From: Chrysomallon squamiferum
Taxonomy: Eukaryota; Animalia; Mollusca
Direction of reading: 5' to 3'
DNA length: 64,000 nucleotides
Assembly: GCA_012295275.1 (NCBI GenBank)
Contig: CM022670.1
Span: 10,168,001 to 10,232,000, forward strand
In this document: positions 39,264 to 64,000 of the stretch, piece after piece
Numbering within the stretch: the first letter of the stretch is position 1
Layout: every line of letters begins with the position of its first letter
Notes under the pieces: model-generated
The model's database searches: none
The model's input: only the letters and a program-made list of their open reading frames with translations
Told to the model about the DNA's origin: nothing
Translations under genes and position numbers: made by a program

Positions 39264-40129
39264 CTTGAAATATTTTTTCTTTATATATCAAGTCCAAATT
39301 TGCTCTCAGAGAATCAGCATCACATTTCTATGTATAAGAATCACCCGGCCTTCCATTACTGATTCTGTAAAAAAATAAAACAAAATAAATAATAGTGAAA
39401 AATCATTATGCTGTCTATATACTTTAATGTTAGGACATTTTTAATTTATTACAAATCAACAGCTGTTAGCATATATTTAATCAAATAAAAAAAATACATT
39501 TCTGGATGTTAGTACTGTGGTATCTTCAATTACTTATATTCGCTCAGCATTTCGTTTTAAATTAGTGTATTTACAAAAAATAAAAAATAAAAAAAATAAA
39601 TAAAATAAAAAAAAATTAAAATGAATTACTAATACCGCTACTATTAGAACTAATAATCAGATAAAGAGAAATAACTTTTAAAAATATTTCTATTAATTTA
39701 ATCACCATCATCAAATTCTAAAATTTAACTTAAATAAAAAAATCCCATTCAGGGCAACAATGAATTGATGATTAAACACACTTTAAACTTAAACTTAAGA
39801 CTTGTCCGATCTTGCTCATGTTGTTACCGATTTATATATATTTGTAAGAAAATTTCTGTTTGCAGCGTTCTTTGTTACAGCCAGTACAAATATATATATA
39901 TGTGTGTACAAATGTCTAACTTTTCATACTCATAAAATGTGTAAATAATTACATTTTAATAAATATAAAATTAAATAATTCGTTGTCTAGACTTTCATAA
40001 TTTTTAACTGTATCATAGAGTTATTTCCCATGTTAAACCATTTTTGCATTCGACAATGTCCGGAAAAGAAATTTCGATTATAATCGTAATGTTCCGTTAT
40101 CACCTCGCTGGGACTTTCCTCGTCCAGCG

Positions 40130-40203
40130 CGTGGTGTGATTTCATTGGTTTGAATAATCATACTGTAACCAATCATATCTGTCCAGCTGTCGGTATCACG
40201 TGG
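40130..40203. promoter_or_regulatory. ER-stress response element cluster in the calreticulin/C19orf44 divergent promoter
   Basis: Perfect ERSE CCAAT-N9-CCACG on the minus strand at 40130-40148; near-ERSE CCAAT-N9-CCAGC on the plus strand at 40169-40187; CACGTGG at 40197-40203. All lie within 140 bp of the calreticulin ATG. Confidence 0.8.
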
Positions 40204-40265
40204 AAATAGTGGTAAAATTGATGGTACAGCTGCATGTTCATACTCTCAGCTTACTATCTACGAAG

Positions 40266-43200
40266 ATGAGATCGTTGTTTGTAATTTGTGCACTCTTTAG
40301 TGCAGTACTTTGTGATCCAGTAGTACATTTCGAAGACAAATTTGAGGGTGAGTTTTACTTATATGTTCTTATTATTCCATTCAGTTGTCTGTAGCCGAAC
40401 GAAAAATGTCCATAATTTGACAGGTCTGACATGTGTGAAATGATGTTAAAAAACAAAATATAATTATATATATATATGTATATATTAAGGGATTAAAATG
40501 ACAGTACTATTTTACAGTTTAAACAAGTAATCAGATACCACTGAATGTAAATATTAATATGTGTAGAATAATAAATATCTGTATGCAAATTAAATTCGGT
40601 GTGCAGTTTAATATTTGTTAAAATTGTAGCCGGCCAATCGACCTAATTTACAAACTGAAATTAAGTTAATAATTTAGACAGTTGAAAATTGTGACCCGTA
40701 TAGATAAAACTATATCCATAAAAATAAATATATGAATAATGAAAGTTAATAGACGTTAGAATTTAATTATTATTTAATGTCTTTTCATCTTTTTTTGCAG
40801 AGGGCTGGGAAAACAGATGGGTCGAATCTACGAAAAAAGGATCTGATCAAGGCAAATTTGTATGGTCAGCTGGCAAATTTTATGGAGATCCAGAGAAGGA
40901 CAAAGGTTTAAACATACATCTACTTTTTCAATTTCACAAATAATTTAATAATAAGAATAATACATGAAATAAAATTATATAAAAATAAAGTCTTTTATTA
41001 CTGAAGAGCAATACTTTTTTTTATATGGTATATATTTCACATAACACACTATATATTCTTCTTGTAGGAATTCAGACCAGCCAGGATGCTAAGTTCTATG
41101 GAATTTCTGCTAAATTTGAAAAACCCTTCTCCAATGAAGAAAAAGATTTAGTCATTCAGTTTACTGTGAAGCATGAACAAAACATTGACTGTGGAGGTGG
41201 ATATGTCAAACTCTTCCCAAGTGATCTGGACCAGAAAAATTTGCACGGAGACACCCCATACTATATTATGTTTGGTAAATTTTAAAATTAATAAGATAAA
41301 TACAGAAATTTGAAATGAAACTAATTTGTCAGAAAATTGCAAAAATCTGTACCAGGCTTAGCTTTGACAGTTTCATGAATATGCTATTCTTAAACAGTGT
41401 TGATTCACCACTATTATTAACAGGAATAGGATAACAGGTTGAAAAATAATTGGCACACAAATTCAAAATGTCTTGTTCAAGACTTCTTTGATCTGAGTTG
41501 AAACAAGTGTATTCACTGTATCCAAAATAACATTTAGTATAATATTTAGCCTATGTTCTTGTCTGTTAAGTTTTTGTGATCTGTATCAGAATGAAAATAA
41601 AAATTAAATGAATTCAGATATCTGATATTATCAGAAATATTTATTTAGTAGATGGATGTCTGTACACTAAATTAAAAACAATTTTATGTTTGAAATAACT
41701 GAATGTAATTGTTAAGGGATACAAGTTAAATGAAAGTATGTTTTTCACAGGACCTGACATTTGTGGACCAGGTACAAAGAAAGTTCATGTTATCTTCAAC
41801 TACAAAGGAAACAATCTTTTGACAAAGAAAGATATTCGTTGCAAGGTAAAATTTGAATGTCATAGCTCTGATGTAGCTAATGAGTTTATATTTTTAAAAA
41901 GAATGGAATTAAACACTAAAATAAAAAAATTATTTGCTGTAAGATACATACATATATACTGGGTTGTCAGATAAATTAGTGAGTTTTTTTAAATTTAAAT
42001 AAATAAGAAATAAATAGGAAAAAGTAAAAACTTAACAACTTTATCTGACAACCGTATATATTTAAATTGAAAAATGTCACCAAAGCAAGGAAATAATTAA
42101 GTTACTACTTCATAAAGTTTGATTCAGTTCTAAGAATATATGTAACTTTTATCATTTCTACAAATTTTTTTCAGAAAAAAAGAAATTTTTGATTTTGTAG
42201 TCCAATAAAAAAAAATATACTATGGCTCATGATCAATGTAACAGATATAATTATTTTATTTCTTTGATCAACTTTTAATTTAAATATATTTCTGAAATTG
42301 CTTTCAGGATGATGTTTACACACATATGTACACCCTTATTGTGAAACCAGACAACACATATGTTGTGAAGATTGACAATGAAAAAGTAGAAAGTGGTCAA
42401 CTGGAGGAAGACTGGGATTTCTTGCCTGCCAAGAAAATCAAGGTATTAACAGAATCTGACACAAATATTAGTTTTAAAAATACACCCTAAGATGGATCAA
42501 AGACAGATGTGGGCAACTTCACATACTACTCAACACTGCAATTTTAAAGGGCTGAGTCCTGAAATCACAATGCATTGAAGAAAATTAAAACCCTAACCAG
42601 TGTTCACTAAATCATTTTTATATGGAACTGTACCATTTTTAGATGCTTACATTATGTACAGTTTATATAATGTTACAAGCAACTGTTATATAAAAAATTG
42701 TACAAAAGGCATAGTTTATGACTAATTATTCATAATTATTTTATTTTTTTAGGATCCAGAAGCTAAGAAGCCTGATGATTGGGATGAACGTGAGAAGATT
42801 GATGATCCTGATGACACCAAACCCGATGACTGGGAAAAGCCAGAACACATTCCTGATCCTGATGCCAAGAAACCTGATGACTGGGATGATGATATGGATG
42901 GAGAATGGGAACCACCAATGATTGATAACCCAGAATACAAGGTACAGCAGGCTTTAAATTGCAAGCTTAATTTGTTACACCATAATGCATATGATGCTGT
43001 TTTATGTATACATTCATTTGATAGCCTTTAAATGTTCAATGCAGGGATATGGAAAATGTTGCTTGTATTGTATGGGTATTTTTGTAATATTATGGTATGA
43101 AGTGGCAGTTCTGATACCATTTTCATCAGCTTTCGTATCAGATGTTTTTACAGCATGATAAATCCTTTTTTTTTTTAATCATCAGATAAATAATTTAAAA

Positions 43201-44018
43201 AAAAGATCAAACAGTTGATTCATTAACCAATCTTTGATATGCTTAGATTTATGTTCAAACTTTGTTTTATTGTTACAGGGTGAATGGAAACCAAAACAAA
43301 TTGATAATCCTGCTTACAAAGGAAAATGGATTCACCCAGAAATTGACAACCCAGAATACAAAGCTGATGAATTCCTCTACAGATACAATGACATTGGTGC
43401 TATTGGTTTTGATTTGTGGCAGGTAAATAGTCTGATTTTTAATATACCAAAAAAAAAAGCAAATGGCAATTTTGTTTTATTGATGAATACTGTAAAATAA
43501 GTTGCTTTTCCAGTTGCTGATGAATAATTTAAAATGTTTTGATTAATACTTGGCATTTGTACGAGTTACTGCCCCTGTGAAACAAGACTAGAGAAACCTT
43601 TCCAAAACTGGAGTGAATAACCATTAAAGCTGTTTTTTAATTTTATTATTGAAACCAGTGTGACTTGCCATAATTGTACAAACTGATTGTATCCATTCTG
43701 ACTTGTAACAAAATTAATATTATAGGTAAAATCAGGAACAATTTTTGACAATATTCTGATAACTGATGATGAGAAATATGCTGAAGAATTTGGAAATGAT
43801 ACATGGGGTAAAACAAAGGTGAGTGCATTCATGTATTACCCACTGCCTCTTCCCTTAGGCATTAATGAATTGATTGGTGAAAGAATTTGAAAGAGTTATA
43901 AAGCCTGAAGTGACATATTTGGCTGTTGACTAATAGTCTTGAAAATATTTTCTGATTGTTACAAATGCACAGTTTTTGGGGAGATAAAGCCTGACAAGTT
44001 TTTGGTGGGATTTTCTTT

Positions 44019-44050
<32 letters not shown>

Positions 44051-44763
44051 TTGTTTCATTTAACTTGTTTTCCATCAAATATATATTTATTGATTTATTT
44101 TCTTCCACCTAAGGATCCAGAAAAGAAGATGAAGGAAAAACAAGAGGAAGAGGAGAATAAAAAACGTGAAGAAGAAGAAAAGAAGAAGAAAGAGGAAGAA
44201 GGTTAGCCAAGATTAAACATTTTTTCAACCATTTAAGAAATGTTGTCTCTTAGATGTGGCTGATATTTAATATTAAGTTTTGAAATGTGGGAGAAAAGTA
44301 CATTATAGAAATGGTCAATAGTAATTTTCAAAAAAAATGTACGTGTTCTGTCATTTGTTTAATTATTCTGTTAAACCATAGTGAACTTAAATCTGATATT
44401 GTATTTTAATTTAGATAAGAAAAAAGATGATGAAGATGAAGAAGAGGATGAAGCAGAAACAGAAGAAGCTGAAACTGAACAAGCTGAAACCGAAGACAAA
44501 GACAAAGACAAAGAAGTAATTTTACAATTTATTACTAAGTCCAACTTCTAGAAAGTCAGAATTTCTTACAGTTAATTATATCAAAGTGAATAATCAGTTT
44601 TAAATGAAGGATGTATTTTTTGATATTTTAAAGAGGTCATTTGTAAAATTGTCTAGTTCAAATATTGCTTAAGAATTCTTAAATATGAATCTGACAAATC
44701 AAAATTTGATAATTAATAAAAACATATTTTTTTCATTTTCAGGATTCTCATGATGAATTGTAA
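40266..44763 (+). CDS. CALR: Calreticulin, 11 coding exons, about 419 aa
   Basis: Exons 40266-40347, 40801-40905, 41068-41274, 41751-41845, 42308-42442, 42753-42941, 43279-43422, 43726-43818, 44114-44201, 44415-44515, 44743-44763. Signal peptide, [26 protein letters not shown]-domain KPDDWD and GEWEPP repeats, [13 protein letters not shown], acidic tail, HDEL*. Confidence 0.98.
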
Positions 44764-47700
44764 CACGGCTGTCATCTAGGAAATAAGATTGTATCATTCA
44801 TCTAATATCCTTCAGTTCTAACTCTGGAAAGAAGTCATCGTTTATCAAAAGACATTTCATAAGTCATAATTTAGTCATGTGCTTTGTTACATTTTGGGTT
44901 ACTTTATCCATTGACTCAGTTTTTCTCTACACATGACTTGATATAACCTAAATTATTGGTTGCTGATTTGATAAAAAAAAAAAAAAAAAAAAAAAAAGTT
45001 TCATTTAGTTTGGCAAATCTTTCAGAGTTTTCTCAAATTTAATTTCATTAGACTAAATGTGAATGCACGAGATGTGTGAATGATAGAATGACTGCTTTAA
45101 ACATGTTTTAATCTCCATGTCATGCATAAAAAAAAAACAACATGATATACGTATTCATTATTTGAATGTCTCTGTTAATAAATGTTGGGGAGCAGTAGAT
45201 CAGAAGAAATTAGAATTGGCTGTGTTTAAATGTCTTGATATACAATGATAGTGTTGGGGAGGGTTTTGTATAGTATTGTTGATGTATATATTTATATACA
45301 TATGGCTTTATGTCACTATTGTTTGTGGTAGGGTGTTCAGTCAGTGGTATTAAAACTTGAACCACATTTTTTGCTAAATTTATCTTTGTTGTTTTATTTA
45401 CTAACAATTAATTTATCTTTTATATGGTTAAATGTTCACAGAAAAACTTTTACTTCTGTTGTGAATTTTCAAAATTTGAAATACTTTTTCTATTTTTTTC
45501 GTAAGAAAATTCAGTTGTGATTTTATTTTCCTCCCAACATGAGATGTTTTCAGAGACATGTATAAATGTTGTTCTGTGTACAAAACTGGTTGTGGAATAA
45601 AAAAAAATGATAGACACAAACCAATACAGTTCAAGTGAAACCTAAATTTGAATTGCAAAATATAAATTTGTCTTCAAAATTCACTTTTCAATGCTAAAGT
45701 GACATTTGACTTCAATTTATATAATATATACATTAAAAAGAAGTGTTAAATCAAAATCATAAATGACAAGTTTCTTCACCACCTATGATTTGAAAAAAAT
45801 GTATCCCATGAATTAAAAAAATAAATTGGAAGATCTGATCTCATTCAGTGTGAAATAACTTAAAATGTGGTAGTTTGTGACATTAATGTTACTATGTTCA
45901 TATATGTTCATTTGTTTCCCCCAGTAAATTTCTATAGATAAATATACAATTTATAATATTTGTAAAATATTATTAATAAATGAAATAGATAATTATAAAA
46001 AGAAAATTTGTTTTTTCACTTTTAGTGGGGAGAAAGTAAAAAAAAAAACAAAAAAACTACAAAACATTAATCTATTGAATGAATATTTATTGAAACCGTA
46101 GCACATTTGAAAATAACTGAAGAACATGAAAAAAAAAAACTCACAGATGACTTGTTAGGTTTATCCAGAACAAAATCTTAGAAAAGTTGTTGCATCTGAA
46201 AATGGGGTTAGACCGTAAAGCAAAAGTAGTGATGTAAGAGATTTTTCTAAGCCTTGGCACCAGTGTGGTTATTACATGACAGGAAATTGCTGTTGTTGCA
46301 ATGATCTGCTCTTGTATAAGGATTTTGTTACACTAGTGGATAATGGGCTGGAGTGGAAATGGTCTACTGAAGATAATTGAAAAAATGTGTTGAATTTTTA
46401 ATTAACTGGAAACCAACTGCTGCCTGTTAATGATCTCATTTTACACATTTACAACAGGTGGTTTGCTTAAGGAAAAATATACATTGCCTTTGATATTCAG
46501 TTATACAGCTCTGTATGGAAATTTTAAATTGCTTATCAGATCTTGATGAACCCTACTACTGAGCTATTGTTTGCTGCCAGGTGTTTTGAGAAACACTTGT
46601 CACCATTTTCATACAGCTTTCTAATTTACCTGTTCACCAGATGCTTTTAAGGACTTTTAATTTAGAGAACTGTAGTTATTTCATATAATGTTCAACAAAT
46701 GAATCATCAACTATTGTTTGATTTCAAATTAGTTATAAACAATTTGCAGGCTTCCTTCCATTACAGAAGTTCACCAGATAACTTAATGTTATAAACTGGC
46801 AACTAACTAGACTTTAAAAGATTTCTAAATTTGTTCTTGTGTTTATTTTCAAAAGAAAAAAACAAAACACACTTGTAAATAATTAATTTATTTTAATAAC
46901 AGTTGTGTTTATGAACAGCATAATTGCAACACAATCAGTAAAGAAATAAATTCTGGATTAAACTTAATTAGAAACGATGCTAAATCAAGCAACAAAAAAT
47001 TTTCAAATCACATTTTGGAAGCCTACAGTTATTTGATCGTCACATACATATGGGGTGTTTATGCTGAATATGAACTGAAATTTCAATATATGGTAATAAT
47101 TTATAGAAATGCATTTTAATTTCTTATTTCATAATTTTGTTACTGTAGCCACTTGGAAAAGTAATTCCCATTTGCTTAACAAAACATTTCCTGAAAATGT
47201 AAATGCCTTCACGATACTCATTTGATTGAAGAATGATAATGTATAAATATTATGCCAAAAATATGTACATTTGGGGTATTTAGGAAAGAGATATTACTAA
47301 CTATACTAAAAGAATAAATTGTCTGCAACTAACACATTTAGTAGTTAAAATAAATAATTTGGAAGTTTACTTATCTTTTCAGAAATTCTTTGTATTCTTA
47401 TAAAGAATTTATAATAATTTTATTACTTTTTTCTAAATTAAAATAATTATGTGTATATGTAAGAAATAGATTTAAAAAAAACGACCCAATAAAATCCCAA
47501 AGTTATTAATAGTAATTGTATTATTAGAGACATCAGTCTTGCAACATTTAAAGAAGAAATATGAAAGCTTTCAATGTTGAGCATATTCACAAATAGTGCA
47601 TTATAGTGTATGTTGAAGGTATAAATAACAAAAAAAAACATTTTGTATACTGCCAAATGACCATGGCTTTTGCTAATAAAGCATATATTTATTTATTTAT

Positions 47701-48378
47701 TTATTTATTTTTAATTGTTGAAGTCCTAAGATATTTTCTTGTATTTCGTGACATTATTTAAATAGATATTTGTCTGATGCAGATACTGTCAAGAACAAAA
47801 TTTATGATTGTACTGCCATGCTTAATTGTTAGTAAAAACTGGAAGGCTGTATTCCAAAAGATGTACAAAATATGTTAAGGCTAACTGTTTACATCATCAC
47901 AGAATATTTTAAAATGGAAGACAAATTAACATTTTGCATATCTTTTATCACTGCATACATAATAATTTTATACCACAATCATTTAATAATTTTATTATTA
48001 ATATACTGCTGAAGTGACTTACAGAATGGTCATTAAGCATGCTTAAAGCCCACTGTTTTACTATAAGGTTAAGTTGAAGATGTAAGTTACGATGGACATC
48101 TTCTTTGCTTTCACACTAGTCTGGAAACTAAACACTAAAACAAGAAAATGAAGCCAGCTTTGAACAGCAGTAGTTTATTATGATTTTTATGGACAGGAAA
48201 AAATAAAGTGTAATTTGTTTTAAAAGCAGTCGCATTATGCATTACATCCTTCATAGACATTTTAATGCTAGGAAATACAGAAATAATTATTTTTATGTAA
48301 GATGGATGGGGCATTTTAAGCATGAGAAATGTACACATAATTAAATATAAAACCTTTTATACATATTAAATATGTAGA

Positions 48379-48419
<41 letters not shown>

Positions 48420-49092
48420 CATTACAATAATAATAATAATAATAATAATAGCATTACAATAATAAACAATAAAGATACTTGTAATAATAATAACAACAAT
48501 AATACAATAATAATGTTAGGAACATTTACATAAATATTAAATGGATCATAGGTTTGGAATCAATAAAAATATTGTTAAATATATATAGATTTTTTTTTAT
48601 ATGATTGTTATTTATTGATGAAAACCCTCTAAAAATTCTTGACCAAAACAAAAAGAAAGCAACAAATGGCTGAAAATAATAATACTGACACTGGTGCTTG
48701 CATTTAAAACTACAGGTGCAGGAAGGTTTTATGTGACACGCAAAATGTTTTTTTTTTGGGGGGGGGTTTAACATATTTTTATGTGCATCTAAAGTATTAA
48801 TGATTGGTTAAGGCTGTGAATGTAAATGATAAATTAATAATTTTGTGAATGTCTGGTACGAAACAAATATGACAATGGGTAATTCCATGATGGCCTTTAC
48901 GTTGGTTTACAATTTTTATGAAATGCAGCACAACACCATTGTATGCTGTACACAGTATCACTAAACATTTTGCCAGTTAAAGATTACAGGTCTGGAATTA
49001 CTGAGACATGTAAAAAGAAAGGAGAAAAGAACCACTGAAGAACTGGAACAGGGGAGGCCACTGTAAATGACACGTTGATGTCAGTAAGTTAG

Positions 49093-61483
<12,391 letters not shown>

Positions 61484-62917
61484 CTATAAACAAAATTAAA
61501 GGAATGAATAGTTATCTAATGACACCATATATCATTTTAATGTTAATTATTGTTATGTAAGATCACTCAGTTTGTGGTGACGTTTTGCTTGTGACATACC
61601 AACTTCAGCCATCCTATAAGACTATTTATCAATGATAGTAAGAAATATTTTTTTTATATATACCATCTCATAGACAGAAGAACATATTAAGATTTTTTTT
61701 TTTTTAATAAAATGTTTAAAGAAAAGATTTAAATGAATCATTTATATATTAATAAATTCTGGCCTATTTGACAATATGAGACTGATAAATTAAATCATAA
61801 AATCTTTAATATAATAGTAAAGATTGAAGTCAAGACATTAAACTAATGTAAATGTGGTTGAAAAACCCCACATTGATCTGTAATATATATTTTGAATAAA
61901 AAAAAAAATGGAACATCAAATATCGACTTGTATAATTTGCTGAAGTACATTGTCCCACAAATCCAGGAGTGGATCTTGATATGTGAAAAGGGGAGTTTCC
62001 AGTAGAGAAAGAAAAAAAATATTATAAGAAAAAAAAAAAAAATAAAAAAATAAATAAATATAAACAAATACAACAACAACAACAACAACAATAATAAAAA
62101 TAATAAAAAAATAATAAATAAATAAAAATGTGTATGCCAACATATATGAACAGATTGTAACACTCTAGAAGACACTGGTATGAATTTAAAACAACACACA
62201 CCAAACACAAGCCCAAGCACACACATACATGTCATAAACACAAACACACTACATACAACACATGTGAATACACATGCTTCAACTAACAGTTAAATATCAA
62301 GATACATACGATTTTTTGTAGCTGCCATGTTTGCCCTCAAATCTTTTCACTCCAAGTAAAGAAACTCTGAAATTTGAAAATTTCCTAATGAAAATATTAT
62401 TTGTACTTTGACTGCACACACACACACACACACACACACAAAACACAAATATATACATATACACACACATATAAATAAAAAAATTATTAAGTTAAATACT
62501 CAAACACACACATACAAACATAAAAATGAAATAAAATATAATGATAAAAAGAAACAAAGAAACTAACAAAAGTAAAAAAATATCCTACCACAGCCCCACC
62601 ACCATCATTTCCCCCCACAGAAAACACACACGCCCCCTAAATATAATAGTTCAAGATTAAATGGCTTTTACCACTATTTTTAAAACAAGATATTCTGACC
62701 TGTATACAGCTAGCAGAATTAACCTGGCCATTTATCAAGTCCAGATAGAGAAAACCATTGTAATCAAGACTGAAATTTGATACACACCATGTTCTTTATG
62801 TTTAAAGTCCATGCCTGAGCATACCAGATACATGTGTTATCTGTGTCCAAAATAACACAGCAAACAACTGTCTACTTTCATACTTGGTCTTCTCAAGTTA
62901 TTCTTATACCACATTAA

Positions 62918-62950
62918 TGAGAGAGAGGGAGAGAGGGATAGAGAGGGAGG

Positions 62951-63034
<84 letters not shown>

Positions 63035-63035
63035 A
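62918..63035. repeat. (GA)n microsatellite
   Basis: Directly visible. Confidence 0.95.
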
Positions 63036-63403
63036 CTGACTGACATAGGAGGCAGAAAAACACCCTCAAACAAACAGAGGCAGAGAGAGAGAGAGAGAGA
63101 GGATGAAAATCAAATACAGATACAGGGGGAGGGAGAGAGGGGGAAGGGGAGACAAAAAGAGTGAAAAATAGAAAGGGTGATAATATAGACAGATAATGAA
63201 CAACAGAAACACAGTTTATATTTTATAACTGAATCTAGACTATCATTATGCTGGATATAATATACCTGTAGATAATAACTGTGGAAAGACTTGAAAATCT
63301 GCCTTTTTGTTGCCTTTCTATTTTAAGGAAACATAATATTTAAATTATTCATGTAAATGTATATTTAGTTTAAATTTGTAAATTGTATTGCTTGTTTTCA
63401 TAG

Positions 63404-63435
<32 letters not shown>

Positions 63436-64000
63436 AAATAAAATAAAATATAAAATAATAAAAATAAAATAAGATTATAACAACAACAACAATATAATAA
63501 AACTCTGCAAACTATTCAGGTTTTGGGTAAATTAACTAGAACACAGTGGTCTATGGCATTATTGGCAAGTCATCTTACTGGAGTGTTTTTAATACAACAA
63601 AGAGCCTAAATATAGTTTGAACACTTTACAGCGATTAATACGGTGGCTACCATTTTCATCATTCACAGGAAACATTTTCATTAAGAGAAAAATTTATGCT
63701 GCTTTATACTGAGGACATAACACTGCAATGATCTGTCAGTCAGGATTTATTTTACTCATTAAATTTTTTATTTTTTAAATTTTTTACCAATGTTCGTATA
63801 AAAATGTAGAATAAAATAAATAAGACATTTTGACTCTGACTTTAAATTTCAGTGATATAAACATATTTTAAATAACCAATATACATAAAATAAAACAGAA
63901 CCCTGATTACACAAATGCATAACAATGTGAAAATGAGATGGTTTGTTTTATTTAAATTTTATAAAAAAAATGTATCTTTCCTCTTTATTTTATTTTATTT

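Noticed and set aside
40024-40040. tttcccatgttaaac as an RFX X-box for the C19orf44-like gene
   Set aside because: Several mismatches to the GTTNCCATGGNAAC consensus.
44764-49092. 4.3-kb gap between calreticulin and Dab, with several short ORFs
   Set aside because: No coding signature; consistent with convergent 3' UTRs. Any overlap cannot be judged without transcripts.
63579-63605. 27-nt minus-strand segment with tttag and gtaaga ends as a possible upstream Dab microexon
   Set aside because: The PTB exon needs a phase-1 partner, and in phase 1 this segment contains TAA; unsupported without transcripts.

Overview
AT-rich, intron-rich animal genomic DNA, most likely a mollusc or other lophotrochozoan (inferred from a close homologue of squid DFPase and vertebrate-like exon structures). 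It holds six gene loci in alternating orientation: (1) RICTOR, minus strand, 33 exons traced in frame, 3' end outside the window; (2) a squid-type diisopropyl-fluorophosphatase (DFPase), plus strand, head-to-head with RICTOR and followed by a diverged duplicate of only its last two exons; (3) an intronless XK-family membrane protein, plus strand, broken by one +1 frameshift; (4) a C19orf44/DUF4614-like gene, minus strand; (5) calreticulin, plus strand, head-to-head with gene 4 across a promoter with a perfect ERSE; (6) Disabled (Dab), minus strand, 5' end not found in the window. The main signals are: the DFPase exon 4'/5' duplicate, which could act as an alternative last-exon cassette that swaps part of the active site; a 6-copy array of GT...CTAAC...AG units built from a duplicated splice donor; a Dab microexon that rewires YxxP motifs; a decayed copy of a Dab exon end; and gene neighbourhoods recalled to be shared with human (CALR3-C19orf44, RICTOR-DAB2). 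Exon boundaries were read by eye from GT/AG sites and reading phase. Homology calls rest on recalled protein sequences, not on database searches. Most short ORFs in the supplied track are microsatellite or antisense artefacts.
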